From Vicinamibacteria bacterium (GTDB lineage Bacteria; Acidobacteriota; Vicinamibacteria; Marinacidobacterales; Marinacidobacteraceae): 64,000 bases of DNA. The DNA is taken from the NCBI GenBank assembly GCA_963668695.2, contig CAXXLQ010000004.1, forward strand, positions 128,001 to 192,000, read 5' to 3'. Made by a program: the position numbers and the translations under genes. Under the pieces are notes generated by a model. It was not told the DNA's origin. It was given only the letters and a program-made list of their open reading frames with translations, and made no database searches. This document shows positions 10,355 to 21,060 of this stretch, in pieces (position 1 is the stretch's first letter; each line of letters starts with the position of its first letter).

Positions 10355-10685
10355 ACGGGAAGGTTGGCCAGGGCAGATAGCGCTGAGGGGCCCCTTGCGC
10401 TCGTTCCCGAAGGGGGATCCCTTGTACGACCATACTTCGGGGCAGGATCGTACATTGGATCCTTCCACCGGGGAGGTTGTATCGTCGAACGAACCCTGGG
10501 CTCGGCGTCCTCATCGGTCAAACACTGCTGGTACTCTCGCTTCATTCTCGACCGCGCCTCCGCGCACCGAGACGCCCCTGGTGCCTCTCACCATGATCGG
10601 ACCCCATGATCGGACCCCTCGCCACCCCATGATGCTTACCGTGGTGGGACGTGTCGATCGCAGCGGGAGGGGGATCGCGTCGGGG

Positions 10686-11714
10686 ATGAGAAAGGCTGTC
10701 GTCGCCATCACTTTGATGTGCGCTGCCGCCGGCCAGGCGGCAGAGCTGCCCGTGGTCAAGCTCTTCACCACCGGCGGCACGATTCGGAGCCTTGGGTCGG
10801 ATCGCCTGAAGCTCCACGAATACGGCGACGGGCGCATCGACGGCGAGACGATGGTCAAAGACGTGCCCGAGGCCTCCCAACTGGCGCGGATCGAGGTGGA
10901 AGAGATCTCGTCGGTCAGCAGCCGCAACATGGGTGCCGAACAGCAGTTGCACCTCGCTCGACGGATCATGAGCGAGCTGGAGAGGCCGGACGTCGCCGGT
11001 GCGGTCGTCACCCACGGAACCACGACTCTGGAGGAAACGGCCTATTTCCTCCAGCTCACGGTCAAGACGAACAAACCGGTGGTTGTCGTTGGTGCGATGC
11101 GGCCCTGGAGCGCGATCAGCCGGGACGGGCCGCTCAACTACCTGGGCGCGGTCCGCACCGTGCTCACCCCGGAGGCGACCGGCAAGGGCGTCATGGTGCT
11201 GCTCAACGGCACGATCCACTCCGCCCGCTTCGTGACCAAGACGCATACCTACCATGTCGAGACGTTCGTGTCCCGCGAAGTCGGCCCGCTGGGCTTCGCC
11301 GACTCCGATCGCGTGGTGTTCTACCGCTCGCCGGTCACCCGCCACACCAGCGCCACCGAGTTCGACCTCAGCGAGATCGAGTCGCTCCCCCAGGTCGACA
11401 TCGTCTACGGGTATCAGGAGGCCTCCCGCTCCCCCATCGACGCGCTGACGGAGGAGGGTGTGAAAGGCATCGTCCTGGCCGACGACTCGCCGGCCTATCG
11501 CAACGCGCTGCTGGAGGCCAGGGCCGCCGGCGTGGTCGTGGTGCAGGGGAGCCGCAAGGGTGCCGGCCGGGTCGTGCTCAGCGCTCGCGCCGCGGCGCGG
11601 GGCGAGGTCACGGCCGACAATCTCAACCCTCAAAAGGCGCGCATCCTGCTTCGTCTCGCCCTCACCCGGACGACCGACACGAAGGAACTGCAGCGGATCT
11701 TCAATGAGTACTGA
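10686..11714 (+). CDS. L-asparaginase/glutaminase family protein, secreted
   Basis: TTGGTI, VVTHGTTTLEETAYFL, KPVVVVGAMRP, DGPLN and LNPQKARILL motifs; signal peptide from ATG 10686. Confidence 0.9.
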   Translation: MRKAVVAITLMCAAAGQAAELPVVKLFTTGGTIRSLGSDRLKLHEYGDGRIDGETMVKDVPEASQLARIEVEEISSVSSRNMGAEQQLHLARRIMSELERPDVAGAVVTHGTTTLEETAYFLQLTVKTNKPVVVVGAMRPWSAISRDGPLNYLGAVRTVLTPEATGKGVMVLLNGTIHSARFVTKTHTYHVETFVSREVGPLGFADSDRVVFYRSPVTRHTSATEFDLSEIESLPQVDIVYGYQEASRSPIDALTEEGVKGIVLADDSPAYRNALLEARAAGVVVVQGSRKGAGRVVLSARAAARGEVTADNLNPQKARILLRLALTRTTDTKELQRIFNEY

Positions 11715-12861
11715 GGGACCCGAGCCGCGCCGGCGGGTCGCGAAGGGGCGGAGGGCTGTGCTCAGCATCGCCGGGGGAGTCGCGGCGCTCCTGGCGGCGG
11801 CCACTCCGGGCGCTCAGGAAATACCACCGCTGCCGCCGCCGGGCCTCGATCTGCCGCACGTCGTGCTGGTTTCCATGGGCGGAGAGATCGCCAGGAACTG
11901 CGACACCCGCCTCGAGCTTGCCGGCTGCGAGACGAACACCGAGAGCATCGGACCGGAGACCTGGACCCGCGACCTGCCCGATCTGCGACTCGTCGCCCGG
12001 TTGACGACCGAGGACCTGCGGGCTCTCCTGCGGGCTCTCCCGCGTGCCGGTGGGGGATCGACCACGGAGCACTGGTACCGGGTCGCGGGACGCTTGCAGG
12101 AACTCGCCGACGATCCCGGAGTTGACGGCGTCGTCGTCGCCCATGGGACGGCTGGGCTCGCGGACACGGCCTATTTCATGAATCTCGTGGTGCGAACCCG
12201 AAAGCCGCTGGTCTTCGTCGGCGCCCAGCGTCCCTGGAGCGGGATGAGCGGCGATGGCCCGCTCAACCTCTACAACGCGGTTCGGGTGGCCGCGACCCCG
12301 GCTGCCGGCGGCAAAGGGGTGCTGCACGCCACGAACCAGGAGGTGCACGCGGCGCGCGACGTGATGAAGACGAGCGCAAACCGGGTGGACGCTTTCCAGA
12401 GCGTGGACCTCGGGCTGATCGGGGTGGCGGACCCCGACACCGTCAAGTTCTTCTCCGAACCGACCCGCAGACATACCTATCGCTCCGAGTTCCCGCTCGC
12501 GGCGCTCCCGGAAGCGCTTCCCGCGGTGGAGATCGTGACTGCGTATCCGGACGCGCCGGGCCGCGTGATCGATGAACTGGTGGCGGCGGGAGCGAAGGGC
12601 CTGGTGGTCGATGGCGCCGGGCCGGACAGTCTGTCCGGCGGCCAGCTCGAGGCGGTGCGACGTGCGCTGGAAAAGGGCGTCGTCGTCGTCGCCACGGCGC
12701 CCACGCGCGGCGGCCGCGTGCAGCACACGGCTTTCACTCGCGAGTCCGGAATCATCCCCGGCGACAACCTGGCGCCCGGAAAGGCGCGGACGCTGCTCCG
12801 GCTGGCGCTGACGAAGACCACCGACCCCGGGGAGATCCAGCGAATCTTCCAGGAATATTAG
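11704..12861 (+). CDS. Asparaginase-like paralogue with altered catalytic motifs
   Basis: Same fold motifs (KPLVFVGAQRP, DGPLNL, LAPGKARTLL) but SMGGEI and HGTAG in place of TGGTI and HGTDT; start overlaps the upstream stop. Confidence 0.85.
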   Translation: MSTEGPEPRRRVAKGRRAVLSIAGGVAALLAAATPGAQEIPPLPPPGLDLPHVVLVSMGGEIARNCDTRLELAGCETNTESIGPETWTRDLPDLRLVARLTTEDLRALLRALPRAGGGSTTEHWYRVAGRLQELADDPGVDGVVVAHGTAGLADTAYFMNLVVRTRKPLVFVGAQRPWSGMSGDGPLNLYNAVRVAATPAAGGKGVLHATNQEVHAARDVMKTSANRVDAFQSVDLGLIGVADPDTVKFFSEPTRRHTYRSEFPLAALPEALPAVEIVTAYPDAPGRVIDELVAAGAKGLVVDGAGPDSLSGGQLEAVRRALEKGVVVVATAPTRGGRVQHTAFTRESGIIPGDNLAPGKARTLLRLALTKTTDPGEIQRIFQEY

Positions 12862-12886
12862 GGACGGCTCCGGACCTCAAGGAACC

Positions 12887-14104
12887 ATGAGACTACGAAA
12901 AAGCACCGCAGGCCTGGCCCTGTTCCTTACCGCGCTGCCTGTGCCGGGTTCCGATGCGATCGCCCGGCAGAACGACGAATCGAGCGTCACGCTTGCCATC
13001 GTGGGTCAGGCACTGATCAAGGTGGATCCGCGAGAACAGTGGCCCAACCCCTTCGCCGGAATCCGACCGATCCTCCGGGATGCCGATGTCGCCTTCACCA
13101 ACTTCGAGATGGCGGTGGACGACGAGTGCGGCGTTCCCCCTGACTACCAGGTCGTGCTCGGCGAGCCCGAGCTCGACGAGGAGCAGCGGCCCGGCAACAC
13201 CGGCGGGCCCCACGCGGTCCGCGAGCACGTGATGGACTTTCTCGCGTCCATGAATTTCGGTCTCCAGTCCCTCGCCAACAACCATTCGTGGGACCTCGGA
13301 GACTGCGGCGTCATGGCGACCATCGCGGCCGCCGAAAAGTACGGCGTGACGCACGCCGGAACCGGAAGAAACCTGGAGGAGGCGACGCAGGCGGCCATCA
13401 TCGAGGTGAAAGGCCTCCGGATCGCGCTGCTGGCGGCGACGACTTCGCTGGATGAGAGAGACCTCATCCTGCCCACGCCGTCCAGCCCGGGGGTGAATGG
13501 CGTCTGGATCGGGCGCCAGGACGACTGGGATCGGAACATCGAGGCCGTCCGTTCCGCCGCGCAGCGGGCCGACTTCGTCATCTACTACCAGCACTTCCAG
13601 ATCACGAATGAGGATCTGTCCGGGGACCGCTCGAGCCGGGTCCAGGGTCATCTCGAGGTCGACGACGTTCAGGATTGGCAGTCCCGCTTCGCAAAGGCCG
13701 TAATCGACGCCGGGGCCGGCATGTTCATCGCGCACGGCGATCGCATCTTCGACGGCGTCGAGATCTACCGGGGCAGCCCGATCATCCGGCAGTTCGGAGG
13801 ATTCGCCTACCAGGGACTCCAGGCGGAGGGCTCCTACGATCCGCTCGTGTGGGAAGGGCTCCTGGGGACTGTGACGATTCGGGCCGGACGCGTGAGCGCC
13901 ATGGAGGTGTTGCCCCTCCGGCTCGACGAGGGGCGGGAGGGCGAATACGGCGGTGAGGTCGAGTTCCGGCAGAAGCGAGGCTTTTCCGACCTGGCCGCGG
14001 CAGAGCAGGGACGCCGGATCCTCGAGCGATTCGCCGAACGCTCCCGAAACTACGGCACGAGCGTGCGGCTCGAAAACGGGCGCGCGCTGATCGAGGGCTG
14101 GTGA
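12887..14104 (+). CDS. CapA family protein, secreted (copy 3)
   Basis: FTNFE, LANNHSWDLG and GVEIYRGSPI motifs; signal peptide; RBS AAGGA. Confidence 0.85.
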   Translation: MRLRKSTAGLALFLTALPVPGSDAIARQNDESSVTLAIVGQALIKVDPREQWPNPFAGIRPILRDADVAFTNFEMAVDDECGVPPDYQVVLGEPELDEEQRPGNTGGPHAVREHVMDFLASMNFGLQSLANNHSWDLGDCGVMATIAAAEKYGVTHAGTGRNLEEATQAAIIEVKGLRIALLAATTSLDERDLILPTPSSPGVNGVWIGRQDDWDRNIEAVRSAAQRADFVIYYQHFQITNEDLSGDRSSRVQGHLEVDDVQDWQSRFAKAVIDAGAGMFIAHGDRIFDGVEIYRGSPIIRQFGGFAYQGLQAEGSYDPLVWEGLLGTVTIRAGRVSAMEVLPLRLDEGREGEYGGEVEFRQKRGFSDLAAAEQGRRILERFAERSRNYGTSVRLENGRALIEGW

Positions 14105-14210
14105 CTGCCCGGGCGGGACGAAAACGCCGCCGACGGAACCGGCCCTGTCAGACCCGCGCCTGTCAGACCCACGCAGAAGCCGCGCGCGGCAGCGCGTCGG
14201 CGCCTGGGCG

Positions 14211-17066
<2,856 letters not shown>

Positions 17067-17192
17067 GGATCGGGGGCGGGGATTGTAGGTGGGAGCGCCG
17101 ATCTACAGCCGGGATCGGCTGCCCCCAGGCGAACGAAAAGCGCCAACACAGCAACCGGAAGCAGGTGAAGGACGGGATAGATTCTCCGCCGG

Positions 17193-17996
17193 ATGGCGAA
17201 AGACCACACCGAGATCCCGGTCCTCGCCGGTCTGGGCCCGGACCCGATCCGGATCCACCACCCGGAGGGCGCGTTCGTCCCGACGCCGGCGAGCCGGGTG
17301 GCGCTTCGCGCCATCGGCCGGCAGGCGGATCGGTTTCAGGGACGGGGACTCGACTGGGGCAGCGGGTCGGGCATTCTGGCGATCGTCGCCGGCCGGATCG
17401 CTGCCGTGGAGGAGGTGCTCGGGCTGGAGCTCGACCCGCGGGGCGTGGCCGCGGCCCGGGAGAATGCCCGGCGGAACGGGATCGAGGACAAGGTCCGGTT
17501 CGTCGCATCGGACTCCTACCAGCCCGTCTCGCCAGCAGGCGCCAGGACGCTCGAGCGGTTTCGCGGCGCCACCGACTTCATCATCGCGAATCCGCCCTCG
17601 TCCAGTCCGCAAGGAGACGGCTTCGAGTTCCGGCGGGTCGTTATGCGAGGGGCCCGGGACTACCTCAAAACGGGCGGATTCCTGCTCCTGAGTGTCTCGA
17701 CGCAGTACGGTGAGGAGCGGGTTCGAGGGCTCGTGCGCGCGAATCCCGGATTCGTCCACGACGGGGTGGCCGCCAGCAGCGACTGGGTTCCCTTCGACAT
17801 GGAACGCCCCGATCTGCGCCAGGACGTGCTCACCTACGCCCGCGAGGAAGAACGCGGGGGCCTGCGCTACGCGTTCCGCGATCCCCGCGATCCGGAGCGG
17901 GAAATGGCCGCGGTGGAAGCCTGGAAGCGGCACGAAACGGACGGGGAAAGCCCGCTCTCACGCTGGCAGAACCATCTGCTGGTCTGGACGGGGTGA
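17193..17996 (+). CDS. Class I SAM-dependent methyltransferase
   Basis: LDWGSGSGIL motif I and FIIANPP motif IV. Confidence 0.8.
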   Translation: MAKDHTEIPVLAGLGPDPIRIHHPEGAFVPTPASRVALRAIGRQADRFQGRGLDWGSGSGILAIVAGRIAAVEEVLGLELDPRGVAAARENARRNGIEDKVRFVASDSYQPVSPAGARTLERFRGATDFIIANPPSSSPQGDGFEFRRVVMRGARDYLKTGGFLLLSVSTQYGEERVRGLVRANPGFVHDGVAASSDWVPFDMERPDLRQDVLTYAREEERGGLRYAFRDPRDPEREMAAVEAWKRHETDGESPLSRWQNHLLVWTG

Positions 17997-18033
17997 GATA
18001 GGCGAGACCCCGACCGCAGTGACGGCGCGAAGA

Positions 18034-18099
18034 AGGGAACGCCGGCCAGCTCTCCCGGTGGGGGCCTTCAGACCGGCACCGCGGCCCGCAGGGTCGCGA
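18034..18099. repeat. REP-like element carrying the 19-bp GGCC insertion (left boundary of the defence cassette)
   Basis: AGGGAACGCCGGCC-AGCTCTCCCGGTGGG-GGCCTTCAGACCGGC...; reverse complement of 20994..21060 with about 4 differences. Confidence 0.8.
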
Positions 18100-18146
18100 A
18101 AGAGCGCTCTGCCAACTTTCGTGAAACGCGCTGCCGGAGCGGTACG

Positions 18147-18701
18147 TCACCCAAACACGTCGAACCGGCGAAGCGCGTCCTGCTGGGCTTCCGTGAGTTC
18201 CAGCGGGGTACCGGGACAAGCAGGAAAGATGCGGGCGCGGTCCCATTCCCCCGTCCGGACGCTCGTCGCGGTGCCCACTTTCACGCCCCGCTCCAAGAGC
18301 CGAGCGACCAGCGGCGCGGCCCTGAACAGGAACACCTCCTTGATTCCCCATGGACGGCCAGTTCCCCGCGAAGTGGCGGCCGAAGATTTGGGACCCGCAA
18401 GGACCAAGTAGTAACTCGGAAGGCGTTCCGGGTTGATATCAAGGATCCCCTCCCTTCTGCCGTACATCTTGATGTCAACTGATGCTCCGGCCCGGGGACG
18501 GGAGCGGAATTGCCCGTCGCTCCCCGGGTTGGTCGCCGACTGCTCCAGCTCGATGTCGAAGATCCGGGAGGCGATGAACTCACCGATATGTCCAAGCAGG
18601 GCCGGCCGGCCGATCACCCCGGTGATCGCGACCTCGTTTACATTGCGCTCGCGAATCAACTCCGCGAGTTTCTGGAGGTCCTTCTCGTGGTTCTGATTCA
18701 C
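18147..18701 (-). CDS. Hypothetical protein, PD-(D/E)XK restriction-endonuclease-like
   Basis: GHIGEFIAS...GSDG...SVDIK pattern (E...D...D-x-K); GTG start. Confidence 0.55.
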   Translation of the reverse strand: MNQNHEKDLQKLAELIRERNVNEVAITGVIGRPALLGHIGEFIASRIFDIELEQSATNPGSDGQFRSRPRAGASVDIKMYGRREGILDINPERLPSYYLVLAGPKSSAATSRGTGRPWGIKEVFLFRAAPLVARLLERGVKVGTATSVRTGEWDRARIFPACPGTPLELTEAQQDALRRFDVFG

Positions 18702-18738
18702 CCCGATCAGGTTCCTGGAACCGCAGCGCCCTCGTGTC

Positions 18739-19287
18739 TCAGGCGCCCGTCAGATCCGACAAGTCCAGTTCCGTTCCCAAAACGGATCGGACGACAATCT
18801 CCCGGTAGGACTCTTCCGACACTCTTCGAGCGGACACCCGTGCCGTCTGCTTGCGAAACCGCAGCGCGGCCCGCTCGAACACGGCCACGTAGGAAACGGG
18901 TATGTCGCCATCCCGTGAGCCTCCAGCTTCGACGAGGCACAAGGCGTCCAGATAACGCCATAGAGGAAGGGATCGACGGAGTTGTTCCTTGGCCTTCGAG
19001 TCTTCTTCGGCAAGGGTCTTCTTCAACTCCACAAGAATCACATGCGTGCCCGAAGCGGCCTCGCAGACGAGCAGGTAGTCGCACGAACTCTTCCAGGGCC
19101 CATCGGCAACCCTGGACACTCCGAACTTCGCCAGGTGGACGGGGGTGACCTCTGCATCTCCTACGGTGAGCGCCACCTCCATTTGGGCCTTGCGCTCTTC
19201 CAGAACGATGACTCCATCTTCCTCCCGAACTCCCAAGGCCTTGTCGTCCAACATCTTGCGAAGCAGAGGCCCAATCGTTGCGGTCAT
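18739..19287 (-). CDS. Hypothetical protein, PD-(D/E)XK nuclease-like
   Basis: SCDYLLV...ILVELKK...AKEQL motif; ATG overlaps the ATPase TGA (TGATG). Confidence 0.6.
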   Translation of the reverse strand: MTATIGPLLRKMLDDKALGVREEDGVIVLEERKAQMEVALTVGDAEVTPVHLAKFGVSRVADGPWKSSCDYLLVCEAASGTHVILVELKKTLAEEDSKAKEQLRRSLPLWRYLDALCLVEAGGSRDGDIPVSYVAVFERAALRFRKQTARVSARRVSEESYREIVVRSVLGTELDLSDLTGA

Positions 19288-20774
19288 CAGGAGTCGCGGT
19301 CCATGCGCACCGAGAGCGCGTTCGCGACGCGGTTGATCTCATCGATCACGTCGTCGAAGACGGGCATGTCCATGCCGTACTCGTCGACGGGACACCGCGA
19401 CAGACCGCCGTTCTCGGCCACGTACGCGCGGACGCTGTTCGGCGGGAGGAAGTCGTCCCGGCGGTACCCGTATTTGCGAACGACATCATCCCTGCCCGGC
19501 ATCTCATGCGACAGCATGATGAGGTTGTTCAGTTCCTTGAGCAGGTAGTCGCTGTGGGTGGCGAGAAGCACACGGGTTCCTCTTCGCACCAAGCGTGAAA
19601 GGAAACGCGCGAGTTCGATCTGGTTCCGGGTATCCAGCGCGGATTCCGGCTCGTCCACCAACACCAGATCCTCATGAAAGCCACCCTCTGTTTGGGCGTA
19701 GTTCAGGCCTGCAAGAGAACGCACGGATGCGGACGCCAAGTAGAGCGGAATCCGAAATGGATCCGGCGCACCCTTTGCAGACCGGAAAAAGATCGAATGC
19801 CCGTCCGTTTCATATCGGCCACCCATGATCTTGGCAATCCCCTTCTGCAGAGCGCGATTCCTATACGTATTCGTCGCTGGCATCTCTCTCGCGAAATCAA
19901 TGAAATCCCGAACCAGCAAGGAGTAACGGCTCGCCCGGCTTCTCAGGAACCCCTCAAGGGCTGGTTCTGGCTCCGCAACGGCAGGATTCTGTAGAGCCTC
20001 GACGATGCGGTCCTTGCTACTGTCAAGTTCACGCTGGAACAGGACCGCAGCCATCGCTTCGGCGGGACGCGGCGTTACCAAGAACTTGAGTTCGGGCAGC
20101 GCGAAGACGCCGTACAGCTGCACCAGATCGCGCAAAGTCCTCTCAGGGCTATCGCTCCCCGCGGCTGGCTCTTGCGGCTCAAGATCCGGAGCGCCCTCGT
20201 CGATCCGGATGTCTTCCACCCGCTCTACCGAAATCACATCGCCATTGAACCGGATTCCGAATCTGGAACCATCTCCCACAGCAAAACCTTGGGCAACGAA
20301 CCGGCCAACCTTCGGAGGCGGCAGTTCGACCCGGAGAGATGCGTCTGCGAAAGTTCCCAACGGAGCACCCAGGACGCGGTCAAGGTCACGCTTCGAGTAA
20401 GCCGCCGCCAACGCGTCAAGCAGGATCTGGCGTTCCGCGTGGAGGTCCTGGAGCGAGACCCTCCGGTTGGCAATTCCGCGCGTTGCGGCCGCGCGAAGGA
20501 AGCCCAGCGCGTCGGCAAGGGCCGGGTTGTCGGACAACTCCCGATGAACAACCTCCCAGTCGCGCCATCGCGTAAGGAAACCGTACAGCGCCGTCGCCAA
20601 CAGGGTCTTGCCGGTGTTGTTCCGGCCGACCAGGATCGTGAGCCCGCTGAGTTCGAGTTCGGCTTCCTTTATTGGCCCCAGGGCCCGGAAATGAAAGCGG
20701 ACCCCTCCGCGTTTCGCGTCCGGCGCAGACAACTGCTCCCAACGCGGCCTGCCGTCTCCGTTCTCAACTCCCAT
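19287..20774 (-). CDS. ABC-type AAA ATPase (AAA_15/AAA_21-like), soluble
   Basis: LGPIKEAEL, Walker A GRNNTGKT, Walker B/D-loop LVLVDEPESALD, H-loop ATHSDY; no TM segments. Start is 20774 or 20825. Confidence 0.85.
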   Translation of the reverse strand: MGVENGDGRPRWEQLSAPDAKRGGVRFHFRALGPIKEAELELSGLTILVGRNNTGKTLLATALYGFLTRWRDWEVVHRELSDNPALADALGFLRAAATRGIANRRVSLQDLHAERQILLDALAAAYSKRDLDRVLGAPLGTFADASLRVELPPPKVGRFVAQGFAVGDGSRFGIRFNGDVISVERVEDIRIDEGAPDLEPQEPAAGSDSPERTLRDLVQLYGVFALPELKFLVTPRPAEAMAAVLFQRELDSSKDRIVEALQNPAVAEPEPALEGFLRSRASRYSLLVRDFIDFAREMPATNTYRNRALQKGIAKIMGGRYETDGHSIFFRSAKGAPDPFRIPLYLASASVRSLAGLNYAQTEGGFHEDLVLVDEPESALDTRNQIELARFLSRLVRRGTRVLLATHSDYLLKELNNLIMLSHEMPGRDDVVRKYGYRRDDFLPPNSVRAYVAENGGLSRCPVDEYGMDMPVFDDVIDEINRVANALSVRMDRDS

Positions 20775-20993
20775 ACCGTTCAACTCACAAGCGGCGGCGA
20801 TGGTAGCGCAGGGCACGGTCGCCACCCGGCCCCCTCGACCGGGGTTCTACCTGGTGCGATTGGCGGTCCCGGAAGGCGGAACCATCCGGGGAACAGCATC
20901 GCGCCGTTCGCCCGCCTCTCGGTGGGCAATGCCGCCCGGAGGCCGGCGTTCCGAGCCGTCCCCGCGCTCCTTCGTCGTTGGCGGTACGCGGCA

Positions 20994-21060
20994 TCGCGGC
21001 CCTGACGGGCCGCGGCGCCGGTCTGAACGCCCCCACCGGGAGAGCTGGCCGGCGTTCCCT
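20994..21060. repeat. REP-like element (right boundary of the defence cassette)
   Basis: Inverted copy of 18034..18099, abutting the tkt stop codon; a more degenerate copy lies at about 20905-20952. Confidence 0.8.

Noticed and set aside
2606-14104. Poly-gamma-glutamate capsule biosynthesis operon
   Set aside because: No CapB ligase or CapC is in the window; the partner genes are hydrolases and an importer.
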